Positions 38,063 through 46,625 of a stretch of DNA of 64,000 nucleotides are shown here, in pieces. The notes beneath the pieces are model-generated. The model was not told where the DNA came from. It worked only from the letters and a program-made list of their open reading frames with translations, and searched no databases. The translations under genes were made by a program, and so were the position numbers. How positions within the stretch are numbered: the stretch's first letter is position 1; the number at the start of each line of letters is the position of its first letter. This stretch comes from Candidatus Sumerlaeales bacterium (GTDB lineage: Bacteria > Sumerlaeota > Sumerlaeia > Sumerlaeales > Sumerlaeaceae), in NCBI GenBank assembly GCA_038243585.1, contig JBBSQY010000004.1, forward strand, positions 1 to 64,000, in the 5' to 3' direction.

Positions 38063-38794
38063 TCACTTCTCGCGGGCGGGGACGCCCGCGCTCCCAGGAC
38101 TTGCTGCGCTTACGTCTGTCCAGGGCCAATCTTCGGGGGTTGATGCAAGTCCGGCTTTGGTTGGATTATTTCTTATGTATTCGATGGCGGCGGCGTAGTG
38201 GTTATCGTCGCGGATGTAGCGGTCCCAATAGTCTGCCTGCCATATTTTTCCGTTTCGCCCGAGTGATATGTTGATCTTTCTGGCAGTGTAGCTTTTCCAA
38301 CCCTGGACTATGTCCGACAAGCTTGTCTGGCGCGTCGTGATCAGCACGTGCACGTGATTCGGCATGATTACCCAGGCTTGAAGATCGTACCGCACGCCGT
38401 CGAAGTGTTGCCATGAATCTCGTACAATGGTGGCAATTGGCTGGTGACGTAGTATGCATTCGCCATGCCCGGCGTCGAGATAGTTTTCGATTCGCAGGCG
38501 GTAGGCGGGGTCTGCTGGTGATGTTTCCAATTCGGAAGTTAGTCGCCTGGCAACTTCCGGGGGCAAGGCATCGTCCAGGCGGTAGGTGATGAACTGGCAC
38601 GACTGGGCAAGGTCGCAGTGGGGGAGATAACCTCTATTGTGCCATCCCCTGGGGGTGCTTGGGGCTTTGGGGGCATCGTCGTTGGTGTTGGTTATTAGAG
38701 GCGTGCGGGCGGGGACGCCCGCGCTCCCAGGGTTTTCATGGGTGTTTTGGTTAGTCATACGGGGGTTGTTGGGTTTTAACTGTTTATTTCTCAA
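38063..38794 (-). mobile_element. REP-associated tyrosine transposase (RAYT, Y1 HUH family)
   Basis: RGYLPH, FITYRL.D, WVIMPNHVHVL (HUH), WKSYTA, WQ.DYWDRYIRD, YIRNNP.KAGL...DWPW. REP copies at 38072-38096 and 38705-38729 lie inside the ORF. The start may be 38758. Confidence 0.9.
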
Positions 38795-38956
38795 CTGTTA
38801 ATTGGGCAATTCTCTGAGCGCGTGGGTCTCGGTGTTGTTGTTGGTTGTTAGAGGCGTGCGGGCGGGGACCCCCGCGCTCCCAGGGTTTTTATGGGCGTTT
38901 TGGTTAGTCATACGGGGGTTGTTGGGTTTAACGGGTTGTGCTCAACTGTTAATTGG
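38686..38956. repeat. Imperfect direct duplication of about 120 bp (period 153 bp), each copy carrying a REP
   Basis: ...TTAGAGGCGTGCGGGCGGGGAC.CCCGCGCTCCCAGGGTTTT.ATGGG.GTTTTGGTTAGTCATACGGGGGTTGTTGGGTTT...CTCAACTGTTAATTGG occurs twice. REPs at 38705 and 38858. Confidence 0.88.
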
Positions 38957-39057
38957 AAAATTTTCTGATGGTAAGGCTGTCGGAGACTTGCACAGCAATT
39001 ATCATCTTTGGGCCATTGTAAGGGAATGTACACTATTTGTGAGATCCAGGCGAACCC

Positions 39058-40086
39058 ATGATTAAGCTTAATGGTTCTAAAGACTTTAAACCTCGCGTCC
39101 TCTCTGTGGTATGCCGAGGTTGTTGCCTGGGGGCTATAGCTCTTGTTGTTGCCGGTGGCCCGATTTCGGTTTCTGCCTGTAGCTACGGTGACTTCGGCAT
39201 TGATCCTGACGATCCGTCGAAGGCTACGGTGGACAAGATTTTCAGTGGCGCTTTTGATACAAAAAAAGATTTCAAAGTCAGTGACTGGCGTCAGGAAATT
39301 AAGCTTCTTCCGGATAACCCTACGGAGGTATCTGATAAGTTAACCCTCGCGTGGGCGCTGCATAAGTCTGGCGACAGCCGAAAAGCTCTCACCATCTACC
39401 AGCAGATTCTTCAGGTAGCGCCGGGGGATTATGAGACGCTTTGCAGTTACGCGACTGTGCTCCACGCTATGCGACAATATGAGCCGGCCCGTCAGGCGTT
39501 GACTAAGGCGATTGCCTTGAAGCCGGGATTTCGAGACCACGCTGAAGAATTTCACCTGTCGATGATCGATTTCGAGGAGAAATCCAGGGCCAATTATCAG
39601 TATGCCAAGGATCATATTATGATCGACGCCCTGACTCCCTTATGGTTAAATCGCAAGGGCGTGGAAGAGAATTTGTCTACCGTCGCTTTCCCGGAAGGGT
39701 ACACGTCAAAGGGCGTGGCGGAACTGCTGAGAGAGTATCCGAATTCTGGAGAAGCCTGGCTGGCGCTTGGTATGCTTCTGGAGCATGAGGAAGATTTTTC
39801 CATGGCGGCCAAAGCGTATGATCGTGCGGTGGAGAAGGGCACGGCTCATGCGGTTGAGGTTCGCAAATATTTGGTGACCTTCCGGGAGTTTGGCCGATCG
39901 CAGGATCCCGGACGCGTTGTCGGACGTCGGGTTGTTCAGTCTGCCATCCTGCTGGCAGTCGTTGCGGTGCTGTGGTTCCTTTTTGGTATCGTCCGGCGCG
40001 TCGTATGGGACGTTTCGACGGATAGGGCGCGGAAGCAGGAAGAAAGCCGACGCCATCGGCGGAATGACCCGGACTCGCCACTGTGA
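39058..40086 (+). CDS. TPR-repeat membrane-anchored protein
   Basis: TPR-like helices (LAWAL...A...Y, AWLALG..L...A..AY), N-terminal signal, C-terminal TM helix. Confidence 0.75.
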   Translation: MIKLNGSKDFKPRVLSVVCRGCCLGAIALVVAGGPISVSACSYGDFGIDPDDPSKATVDKIFSGAFDTKKDFKVSDWRQEIKLLPDNPTEVSDKLTLAWALHKSGDSRKALTIYQQILQVAPGDYETLCSYATVLHAMRQYEPARQALTKAIALKPGFRDHAEEFHLSMIDFEEKSRANYQYAKDHIMIDALTPLWLNRKGVEENLSTVAFPEGYTSKGVAELLREYPNSGEAWLALGMLLEHEEDFSMAAKAYDRAVEKGTAHAVEVRKYLVTFREFGRSQDPGRVVGRRVVQSAILLAVVAVLWFLFGIVRRVVWDVSTDRARKQEESRRHRRNDPDSPL

Positions 40087-42332
40087 CGGTTTCAGAGTAT
40101 AAAGGCAAACCAAGATCGGATGCCAGGATGGAGACTGTCGAAGGCACGGTCGAGCGTATCCTTTATTCCAACCCGGAAACTTCCTATACGGTCGCGGCCA
40201 TTCGTCCCGCAGATGCGGCCCCCAGTTCCAAGGTGGAACACTGCATCGTTGGCAAGCTGGGAGCGCTGCAACCGCAGGAGGTGGTGCAGCTCAACGGGCA
40301 GTGGGTAACCGATAAAAAGTATGGGCGACAGTTCAAGGTCGAGTCTTACACTTCGGTGCTGCCAAGCTCTGCGGCGGCGATGGAAAAGTACCTGGGCAGC
40401 GGCCTGATTAAAGGTATCGGAAAATCGAATGCCAAAAAGATGATCGAAGCTTTTGGCGACGAGATTTTCGATGTCATTGAACATGCTCCGGAGCGGCTGT
40501 CCGAGGTGCCCAACATCGGGAAAAAGCGGGTGGAAATGATCAAGCGCGGATGGACGGAGCATCGGGCCATGCGCGAGATCATGCTGTTTTTGCAGCAGTA
40601 TAACATTCCGCAGGGGCTGGCGACGCGGGTGTTTAAGCATTATGGTGAAGACGCCATCGCGCAGATTCGGAAAAATCCTTATCAACTGGCTCTGGATGTT
40701 CGCGGGATTGGTTTCAAGTCGGCGGACGCTGTCGCGCAAAAGCTGGGAATTCCCGTGGAGTCTATCGAGCGAAGCAAGGCGGGAGTTCATTTCCAGTTGC
40801 AGGATCTGGCGGGCGACGGCCACACGTTTTTTCCGGCGGATCCGCTGATCACAAAATGCACAGAGGCTCTGGGTGTGGCGCAGGAGCTGATCGTGGAGGC
40901 GATGAATGATCTGAAATCCCAAAATCATATTGTCATGGAAGTTCTTTCAGACGGAACCCGGGCCGTCTATCTGGCGCATCTTCATCGTCACGAAACGGGC
41001 CTGGCGGAACACCTGGACCGGGTGCTTTGTACGGGAAAACTCTTTCCGAAGATGGACGGTATAAAGAACATCGCGGAGTTTGAATCGCGTCATAATTTTC
41101 GCCTTGCCGAGAATCAGAAAATTGCTGTGATGGATGCCCTGAAGGGCGGGGTGCTGGTGATCACCGGCGGGCCTGGTACCGGGAAAACCACCATCATTCG
41201 GACTATCCTGCGCATCTTGGAGGGCCACGGAGTGAGCGCGGTTTTGGCAGCTCCCACCGGACGCGCCGCCAAGCGGATGCAGGAGCTGACAAACATTCCC
41301 GCCGGGACCATCCACCGCCTGCTCCAGTATTCTCCGCAGGAGGGAAAGTATCTGCGTAACCCGCAGAACCCAATTCGCGCGGATTTCCTGATTATTGATG
41401 AATCTTCCATGATCGATGTGGGGCTGGCTCATTCGCTGTTGCGCGCCACGTCGTCCACCTCGTCGATTATATTTGTGGGAGACGTTGACCAGTTGCCGTC
41501 GGTGGGGCCGGGTAATTTCCTGATGGATATGATCCGCAGTGGGGTGGTGCCCGTGGCGCGGTTGAACGAGGTTTTTCGGCAGGCAGCGTCGAGCCTGATC
41601 ATTACGAACGCACACCGGGTCAACCAGGGGCTGCCACCATCTTTCGTCGGAGAAACGGAAGGCGGCGCAGTTCGAGATTTTTATTTTTTCGACGCGGAAA
41701 CGCCGGAAAAGGCGCTGGAAACGATCCGCGACCTGGTGCGGCAACGGATTCCGGCAAAGTTTGGTTTTAACGCCCGGGATGAGATCCAGGTGCTCAGCCC
41801 GATGCACCGCGGCGTCATCGGGACTCAGAACCTGAACAAGGAAATCCAGGCGGCGCTGAATCCCGGGACTACCGGGCTTGAGCGGAACGGCGTCATGTTT
41901 CGGGCGGGGGACAAGGTTATGCAGACATCCAATGATTACGACAAGGATGTCTATAACGGAGATATTGGCGTGATAGCGGGGATTGATCGGGAAGACCAGG
42001 TGGTGAAAGTCAATTTTGACGGACGCATCGTCAGCTATGATTTTCAGGAAATGGACAGCGTGGAACTGGCCTATTGCATAACCGTACACAAGAGCCAGGG
42101 CAGCGAATACAAGGCGGTTATCATCCCGGTCCACACAACCCAGTTTGTGATGCTTCAGAAAAATCTGCTATATACGGGCATTACGAGGGGCAAAAAGCTG
42201 GTGTGTTTGGTTGGGCAAAAGCGGGCGGTAGTGATGGCTGTGCAAAACATCAGCGCCGATCCGCGATTCAGCTCGTTGCACCTGAAACTGCAGGTCCTTC
42301 GCCGGAAGCACCATAACCCACGTTGCCTATAA
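40083..42332 (+). CDS. recD2: ATP-dependent RecD2-like DNA helicase
   Basis: HhH GIG repeats, TGGPGTGKTT, APTGRAAKR, DESSM, GDVDQLPSVG, FRQA, TVHKSQGSE, LLYTGITR. Confidence 0.95.
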   Translation: MTVSEYKGKPRSDARMETVEGTVERILYSNPETSYTVAAIRPADAAPSSKVEHCIVGKLGALQPQEVVQLNGQWVTDKKYGRQFKVESYTSVLPSSAAAMEKYLGSGLIKGIGKSNAKKMIEAFGDEIFDVIEHAPERLSEVPNIGKKRVEMIKRGWTEHRAMREIMLFLQQYNIPQGLATRVFKHYGEDAIAQIRKNPYQLALDVRGIGFKSADAVAQKLGIPVESIERSKAGVHFQLQDLAGDGHTFFPADPLITKCTEALGVAQELIVEAMNDLKSQNHIVMEVLSDGTRAVYLAHLHRHETGLAEHLDRVLCTGKLFPKMDGIKNIAEFESRHNFRLAENQKIAVMDALKGGVLVITGGPGTGKTTIIRTILRILEGHGVSAVLAAPTGRAAKRMQELTNIPAGTIHRLLQYSPQEGKYLRNPQNPIRADFLIIDESSMIDVGLAHSLLRATSSTSSIIFVGDVDQLPSVGPGNFLMDMIRSGVVPVARLNEVFRQAASSLIITNAHRVNQGLPPSFVGETEGGAVRDFYFFDAETPEKALETIRDLVRQRIPAKFGFNARDEIQVLSPMHRGVIGTQNLNKEIQAALNPGTTGLERNGVMFRAGDKVMQTSNDYDKDVYNGDIGVIAGIDREDQVVKVNFDGRIVSYDFQEMDSVELAYCITVHKSQGSEYKAVIIPVHTTQFVMLQKNLLYTGITRGKKLVCLVGQKRAVVMAVQNISADPRFSSLHLKLQVLRRKHHNPRCL

Positions 42333-42364
42333 AAAAAGGGGCCGGATTAATGGATCCGGCCCCT
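42331..42364. terminator. Terminator between convergent recD2 and redoxin genes
   Basis: AGGGGCCGGAT...ATCCGGCCCCT stem with an A7 tract. Confidence 0.8.
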
Positions 42365-42389
42365 GTAACGTTACATTGTAGGATTTAAC

Positions 42390-43001
42390 TTAATCTCTTA
42401 ATTTCAGGCCGCAGCCGTAGGATTTGGTTTTGGTAACTTCGGGTTTTTCACCCTTCAACGCTGCTGCTACTGCCAGTTCCACGTAGTTGGTCGCGGCAGC
42501 ATCTTTGCTTACGTCGGGAGTGGCGTTGTCGTTCAGCGCGCCGTCATACACGATGTTGCCGTCTTTCCCGATAACAAACATATGGGGCGTCGTTTTGGCC
42601 CCATAGGCCCGGGCGATGGTGCCCGAGGTATCGAGCAGGATAGGGTACGGCACGTTGTATTTATCATCGATAGCTTTGCTGTCCGCGGCGGTATTATAGA
42701 AATGGCTGTTGACGGCCAAATAGACCGCGCCATCGTCGGTGAGTTTTTGCGCCAATTTCTGCATTATGTTCTTTTCGTAACGGGGGACAACAAAGGGGCA
42801 GCCGTCATGGCCGGTGACTGGGCTGCCGGGGTTGGTCCATTCAAGGACTACGACTTTCCCTTTGTGGTCGGAGAGGGAGTGGATTTTTCCGTCGGAATCC
42901 TGGGCCGTGAAATCAGGGGCTTTTTTTGCGTCCTGGGCCATGGCGACACTCATAACCGAAAGGGCGCAGGCCACTGCGAGGGTATTTTTTAACGATAGCA
43001 T
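42390..43001 (-). CDS. Exported redoxin (AhpC/TSA, thioredoxin-like) protein
   Basis: APDFT..D..G..HSLSD..GKVVVLEW.NP...CPFV, YGAKTTPHMF, YGC. Confidence 0.88.
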   Translation of the reverse strand: MLSLKNTLAVACALSVMSVAMAQDAKKAPDFTAQDSDGKIHSLSDHKGKVVVLEWTNPGSPVTGHDGCPFVVPRYEKNIMQKLAQKLTDDGAVYLAVNSHFYNTAADSKAIDDKYNVPYPILLDTSGTIARAYGAKTTPHMFVIGKDGNIVYDGALNDNATPDVSKDAAATNYVELAVAAALKGEKPEVTKTKSYGCGLKLRD

Positions 43002-43044
43002 TTCTACTGATTCTCCTGAATCTTCAAATATTGTTCACCGGTGA

Positions 43045-44124
43045 TTGACATATCCTTTGATGGATCAAAGACGACAAGAGTTCCGCAAATTCGGCATCCA
43101 CCAGTTGGTATGTCGTTATGCAATTTGTGTGACAGTCTTGGCCGTTACCATTTTTGCCGCCGGACAGCCGACGGAATTCCCAGTTGTACTGGAACAGAAT
43201 CTTATCCGGGTGGAGGCCCCGGCGGGCCATGAAAAATATGCCGCCGCCGTCCTTGGCCACGCCACCGCCGCTCTGCGAAATCTCAATGCTCAAACCGGCG
43301 ACGCGCTCCTGGTTCCTGTCCGGTTCATCGTGGCCGGCACGGACGAGCAGTTTTTAGAGTTCGCCGGCGGCGAGGGGGAGCAATCTCTTGCCGTGGCCAT
43401 CGGGGATAGACAGCTGGTGGTGATCAGTATGCCGGCCATGGCGCAATCGGCCGCCGATAAAATACAGCAGGTGCTGGTGCATGAGCTGGCTCACGTTTAC
43501 CTGGATGTGAAGTGCAACGCCCCGGTGCCGCGCTGGCTGCACGAGGGGGTGGCGCAGGTGGTGGCGGGGGAGTGGCCGGATATTCCTGGCGAGGGAAGCA
43601 TGGCGATTGCGGCCTATACGGGCGGACTGATTCCCCTTCGAGAACTGGTGGAAACGTTTCCGCAGGACATCACGAACCGCAACCAGGCCTACGCTCAGTC
43701 CTATTCCGTGACTCGGTTTCTTATCCGGGAAAATCACGGAAGCTCCTTATCCCATTTTTTGAAAGCCATTCGAGGAGATTCCGGTAAACGGTACCTGAAA
43801 ACCTTGGGGGCGACGGTGGAGCTGGACGGGTTGGCGGTGCGCTGGCGCAATGAACTGAAGTCTCCGCTTTTCGCGGTGGCAACTTTGTTTACCAGTGGTT
43901 TTTTCTGGGGCGTCGCGGCGTTGCTTGTGATTGTTGGATATTTTGTAAAGCGCCGCAATTCTAAAATTATACGCCAACAGTGGTCTGAGGAAGACGCCGT
44001 CTGGGTAAATCTCGAACAGCCTACTACCTTATCTTCCGACCCTGACGATCCAGATAATTATTTTCTGGAAGGGGACGGGGATGAATGGAAAAGGAAGGCT
44101 TACGAAGAGGATGGCTTCCGCTAG
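43045..44124 (+). CDS. Peptidase MA-like zinc metalloprotease, membrane anchored
   Basis: VHELAH, PRWLHEG.A, AYAQS; C-terminal TM helix and acidic tail. Confidence 0.8.
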   Translation: MTYPLMDQRRQEFRKFGIHQLVCRYAICVTVLAVTIFAAGQPTEFPVVLEQNLIRVEAPAGHEKYAAAVLGHATAALRNLNAQTGDALLVPVRFIVAGTDEQFLEFAGGEGEQSLAVAIGDRQLVVISMPAMAQSAADKIQQVLVHELAHVYLDVKCNAPVPRWLHEGVAQVVAGEWPDIPGEGSMAIAAYTGGLIPLRELVETFPQDITNRNQAYAQSYSVTRFLIRENHGSSLSHFLKAIRGDSGKRYLKTLGATVELDGLAVRWRNELKSPLFAVATLFTSGFFWGVAALLVIVGYFVKRRNSKIIRQQWSEEDAVWVNLEQPTTLSSDPDDPDNYFLEGDGDEWKRKAYEEDGFR

Positions 44125-44178
44125 CCGGACCTTTCAGACGCGGCGAATGTCCTATATTATCAAACTGAGGTGAAGTTA

Positions 44179-44448
44179 ATGTGCAGAAACATCAAACCTC
44201 TGTTCAATTTTGAACCTGCGGTTACCAACGAAGAGGTGCGAGCGGCCTCTCTGCAGTTCGTTCGTAAAATAACCGGATTTAATGCGCCTTCTAAAGTAAA
44301 CGAAGCTGCGTTCTTATCAGCCGTCGACGCAATAGCTGAGGTCTCTGGTAATCTCCTTGCTATGCTTGAGTCTAATGCGCCGCCAAAAGATCGCGGGGAA
44401 GAGGGTGCAAAAGCGCAGGCCCGAAATGCCCGCAGATTTGGTGAGTGA
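44179..44448 (+). CDS. DUF2277 family protein
   Basis: MCRNIKPLFNFEP..T.EEVRAASLQFVRKI.G. Confidence 0.85.
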   Translation: MCRNIKPLFNFEPAVTNEEVRAASLQFVRKITGFNAPSKVNEAAFLSAVDAIAEVSGNLLAMLESNAPPKDRGEEGAKAQARNARRFGE

Positions 44449-44549
44449 GAGCGGAAATGCTTATGGAGAAAAGAAATTAGGGATAAATGTCTCTGGAACC
44501 ATGCCTCGTTCGTTGTTAGTTCAACAAGACCATTGAAAAGGAAAATAGT

Positions 44550-44969
44550 ATGCAGATTAGCCCTTACCTGACCTTCAGCGGCGACTGTGAAGCCGCGTTT
44601 AAATTTTACCAGCAGAGCCTTGGCGGCGAGCTTACAATGTCTCCTTTTGGAGAAACGCCGGCGTGCGACCATGTCCCTGCCGATTGGAAAAATAAAATCA
44701 TGCACGCCAGGCTGCAGATCGGCGACACCGTGCTTATGGCTTCGGACAATCCACCGGGGATGCAGCAGCCGGCAGCTGGATTTTCTGTCTCTATGAACGT
44801 AGACACGCCGGCAGAGGCCGAGCGTATATTTGCCGCTCTCGCCGAGGGCGGTAAAATCATGATGCCCATCGAGAAGACTTTCTGGGCCGACCGCTTCGGA
44901 ATGCTGGTGGATCAGTTTGGAACTCCCTGGATGATTAACTGCGAAGGGACGGAACGGGGAAAACCGTAA
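44550..44969 (+). CDS. VOC family protein (PhnB-like)
   Basis: PYLTF.G.CEAAF.FY, IMHARL, LMASD, TFWA.RFGML.D.FG.PWMIN. Confidence 0.92.
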   Translation: MQISPYLTFSGDCEAAFKFYQQSLGGELTMSPFGETPACDHVPADWKNKIMHARLQIGDTVLMASDNPPGMQQPAAGFSVSMNVDTPAEAERIFAALAEGGKIMMPIEKTFWADRFGMLVDQFGTPWMINCEGTERGKP

Positions 44970-45008
44970 TCACCTGCAAAACAACTACCTGGATATTAAG
45001 GAAATTTT

Positions 45009-45368
45009 ATGAAATACGTCGACGGATACGTGCTGCCTGTACCGATTAAAAACCTGGATAAGTATCGAGCAATTGCCGAAAAGGCCGGTAAAATATGGAT
45101 TGAACACGGCGCCCTGGAATACCGGGAATGCGTCGGTGATGATCTCAACATAGAACACATGGTGCCGTTTTCAAGCGCGGTAAAAGTGGAAGAGGGCGAG
45201 ACGGTTATTTTTGCTTATATCGTATTTGAGTCGCGAGAGCAGCGGGACGCTATTAATGCAAAGGTGATGAAGGACCCACGACTGACCGAGAGCTGTGATC
45301 CGGAAAACATGCCGTTCGACTGCAAACGGATGGTTTCTGGCGGGTTCAAAAGCATCGTGGATTTATAG
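45009..45368 (+). CDS. DUF1428 family protein
   Basis: YVDGYVLPVP, HGALEYREC.GDD, VMKDPR, MPFD.KRM..GGF. Confidence 0.9.
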   Translation: MKYVDGYVLPVPIKNLDKYRAIAEKAGKIWIEHGALEYRECVGDDLNIEHMVPFSSAVKVEEGETVIFAYIVFESREQRDAINAKVMKDPRLTESCDPENMPFDCKRMVSGGFKSIVDL

Positions 45369-45465
45369 CCTCTAAGCGAAGTCATTGATTCGTGTTGGAC
45401 TTGAGGGTACGGTACGGGACTGGCTGCTAACTGTAGTCACTCCAGGGTGGGACAGATAGGAATGT

Positions 45466-46587
45466 CTATACTGCCTCGCAGGGTTCGTCCCCAAAAGACG
45501 TTCCAATGGCTCGGGCACCGACTACATAAGGATGATCAATCGGGACCGTGCGCAGGGTTTTGATACAGTCTGCCAGGGGCACTGAGACAAAGTTGCCGCA
45601 TTGATAGCTGGCCATTTGACCCCACTGCCCGTGGTGCGCGAGTTCTGCGGCGGTGTGGCCAAAGCCGGTTGAAAGGAGACGATCCTGGGCACTGGGAGTG
45701 CCGCCGCGCTGAATGTGTCCCAAGACAGTCGCCCGCGCTTCCACGCCGGTGGCGGCTTCGATATCGTCTGCAAGGCGCATCGCGATGCCGCCAAGGCGTA
45801 TTGGATCAGCGCTGCTTGCTATCACTTTGCTGACGGTGAGACCTCCGCCCAACGGTTTTGCACCTTCTGCTACGGCAACAATGCTGAATCGTTTTCCCAC
45901 CAGTGACCGGGCTTTAATCATCTGGCAGATGGATTCCATGCGAAACGGAATTTCAGGGATGAGAATGATATCGGATCCACTGGCGACGCCGGCATAAAGA
46001 GTGAGCCATCCGGCGTAACGACCCATTACTTCCACCACCATTGCACGGTGGTGACTCATGGCCGTGGAGTGAATCCGGTCAATGCATTCCGTCGCAGTCT
46101 GCACAGCGGTATTGAAACCAAAAGTGACATCTGTGGCAGCAAGATCGTTATCAATGGTTTTTGGGATGCCGATGCACTTAAGACCTTTTTCGACTATCAG
46201 GCGGTTAGCCATGGTCATGGAACCGTCGCCGCCAATGACGATTAAACCTTCGATATCGAGCTCTTTCAGGACCTGAACCACCACGTCGGAATGATCGGTC
46301 GACGGCTCTCCGCCGGGCAGGTGGCTGGTGGGGCTCCACATGAAGGGGTTGTCGCGGTTGCTGGATCCGAGAATGGTGCCGCCGTTGGTGAGAATGCCGG
46401 ATAAATCGCAGCTGGTGAGGCGGCGCCAGCGTCGCTCAAGAATTCCAAGGAAGCCGTCTTCAAAGCCGATAAATTCGTGGCCATGGCCCATCAAAGTCTT
46501 GCCTACGGCCCGCAGGACCGCGTTGAGGCCGGGACAGTCTCCTCCGGCGGTCAGGATTCCAAATCGGCGTTTGTCGGGGCTGGTCAT
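45466..46587 (-). CDS. pfkA: 6-phosphofructokinase
   Basis: GILTAGGDCPGLNAV, GGTILGSS, IGGDGS, PKTIDND, EVMGR, LGHIQRGG. Confidence 0.94.
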   Translation of the reverse strand: MTSPDKRRFGILTAGGDCPGLNAVLRAVGKTLMGHGHEFIGFEDGFLGILERRWRRLTSCDLSGILTNGGTILGSSNRDNPFMWSPTSHLPGGEPSTDHSDVVVQVLKELDIEGLIVIGGDGSMTMANRLIVEKGLKCIGIPKTIDNDLAATDVTFGFNTAVQTATECIDRIHSTAMSHHRAMVVEVMGRYAGWLTLYAGVASGSDIILIPEIPFRMESICQMIKARSLVGKRFSIVAVAEGAKPLGGGLTVSKVIASSADPIRLGGIAMRLADDIEAATGVEARATVLGHIQRGGTPSAQDRLLSTGFGHTAAELAHHGQWGQMASYQCGNFVSVPLADCIKTLRTVPIDHPYVVGARAIGTSFGDEPCEAV

Positions 46588-46625
46588 AGCGAGTGAACTT
46601 TCTGGATCATAAATTCGGTACCGAT

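Noticed and set aside
37904..38956. Possible CRISPR array from the recurring 25-nt repeat
   Set aside because: Orientation is mixed, spacing is irregular and the repeats flank a HUH transposase, so these are REPs. No CRISPR array was seen anywhere in the window.
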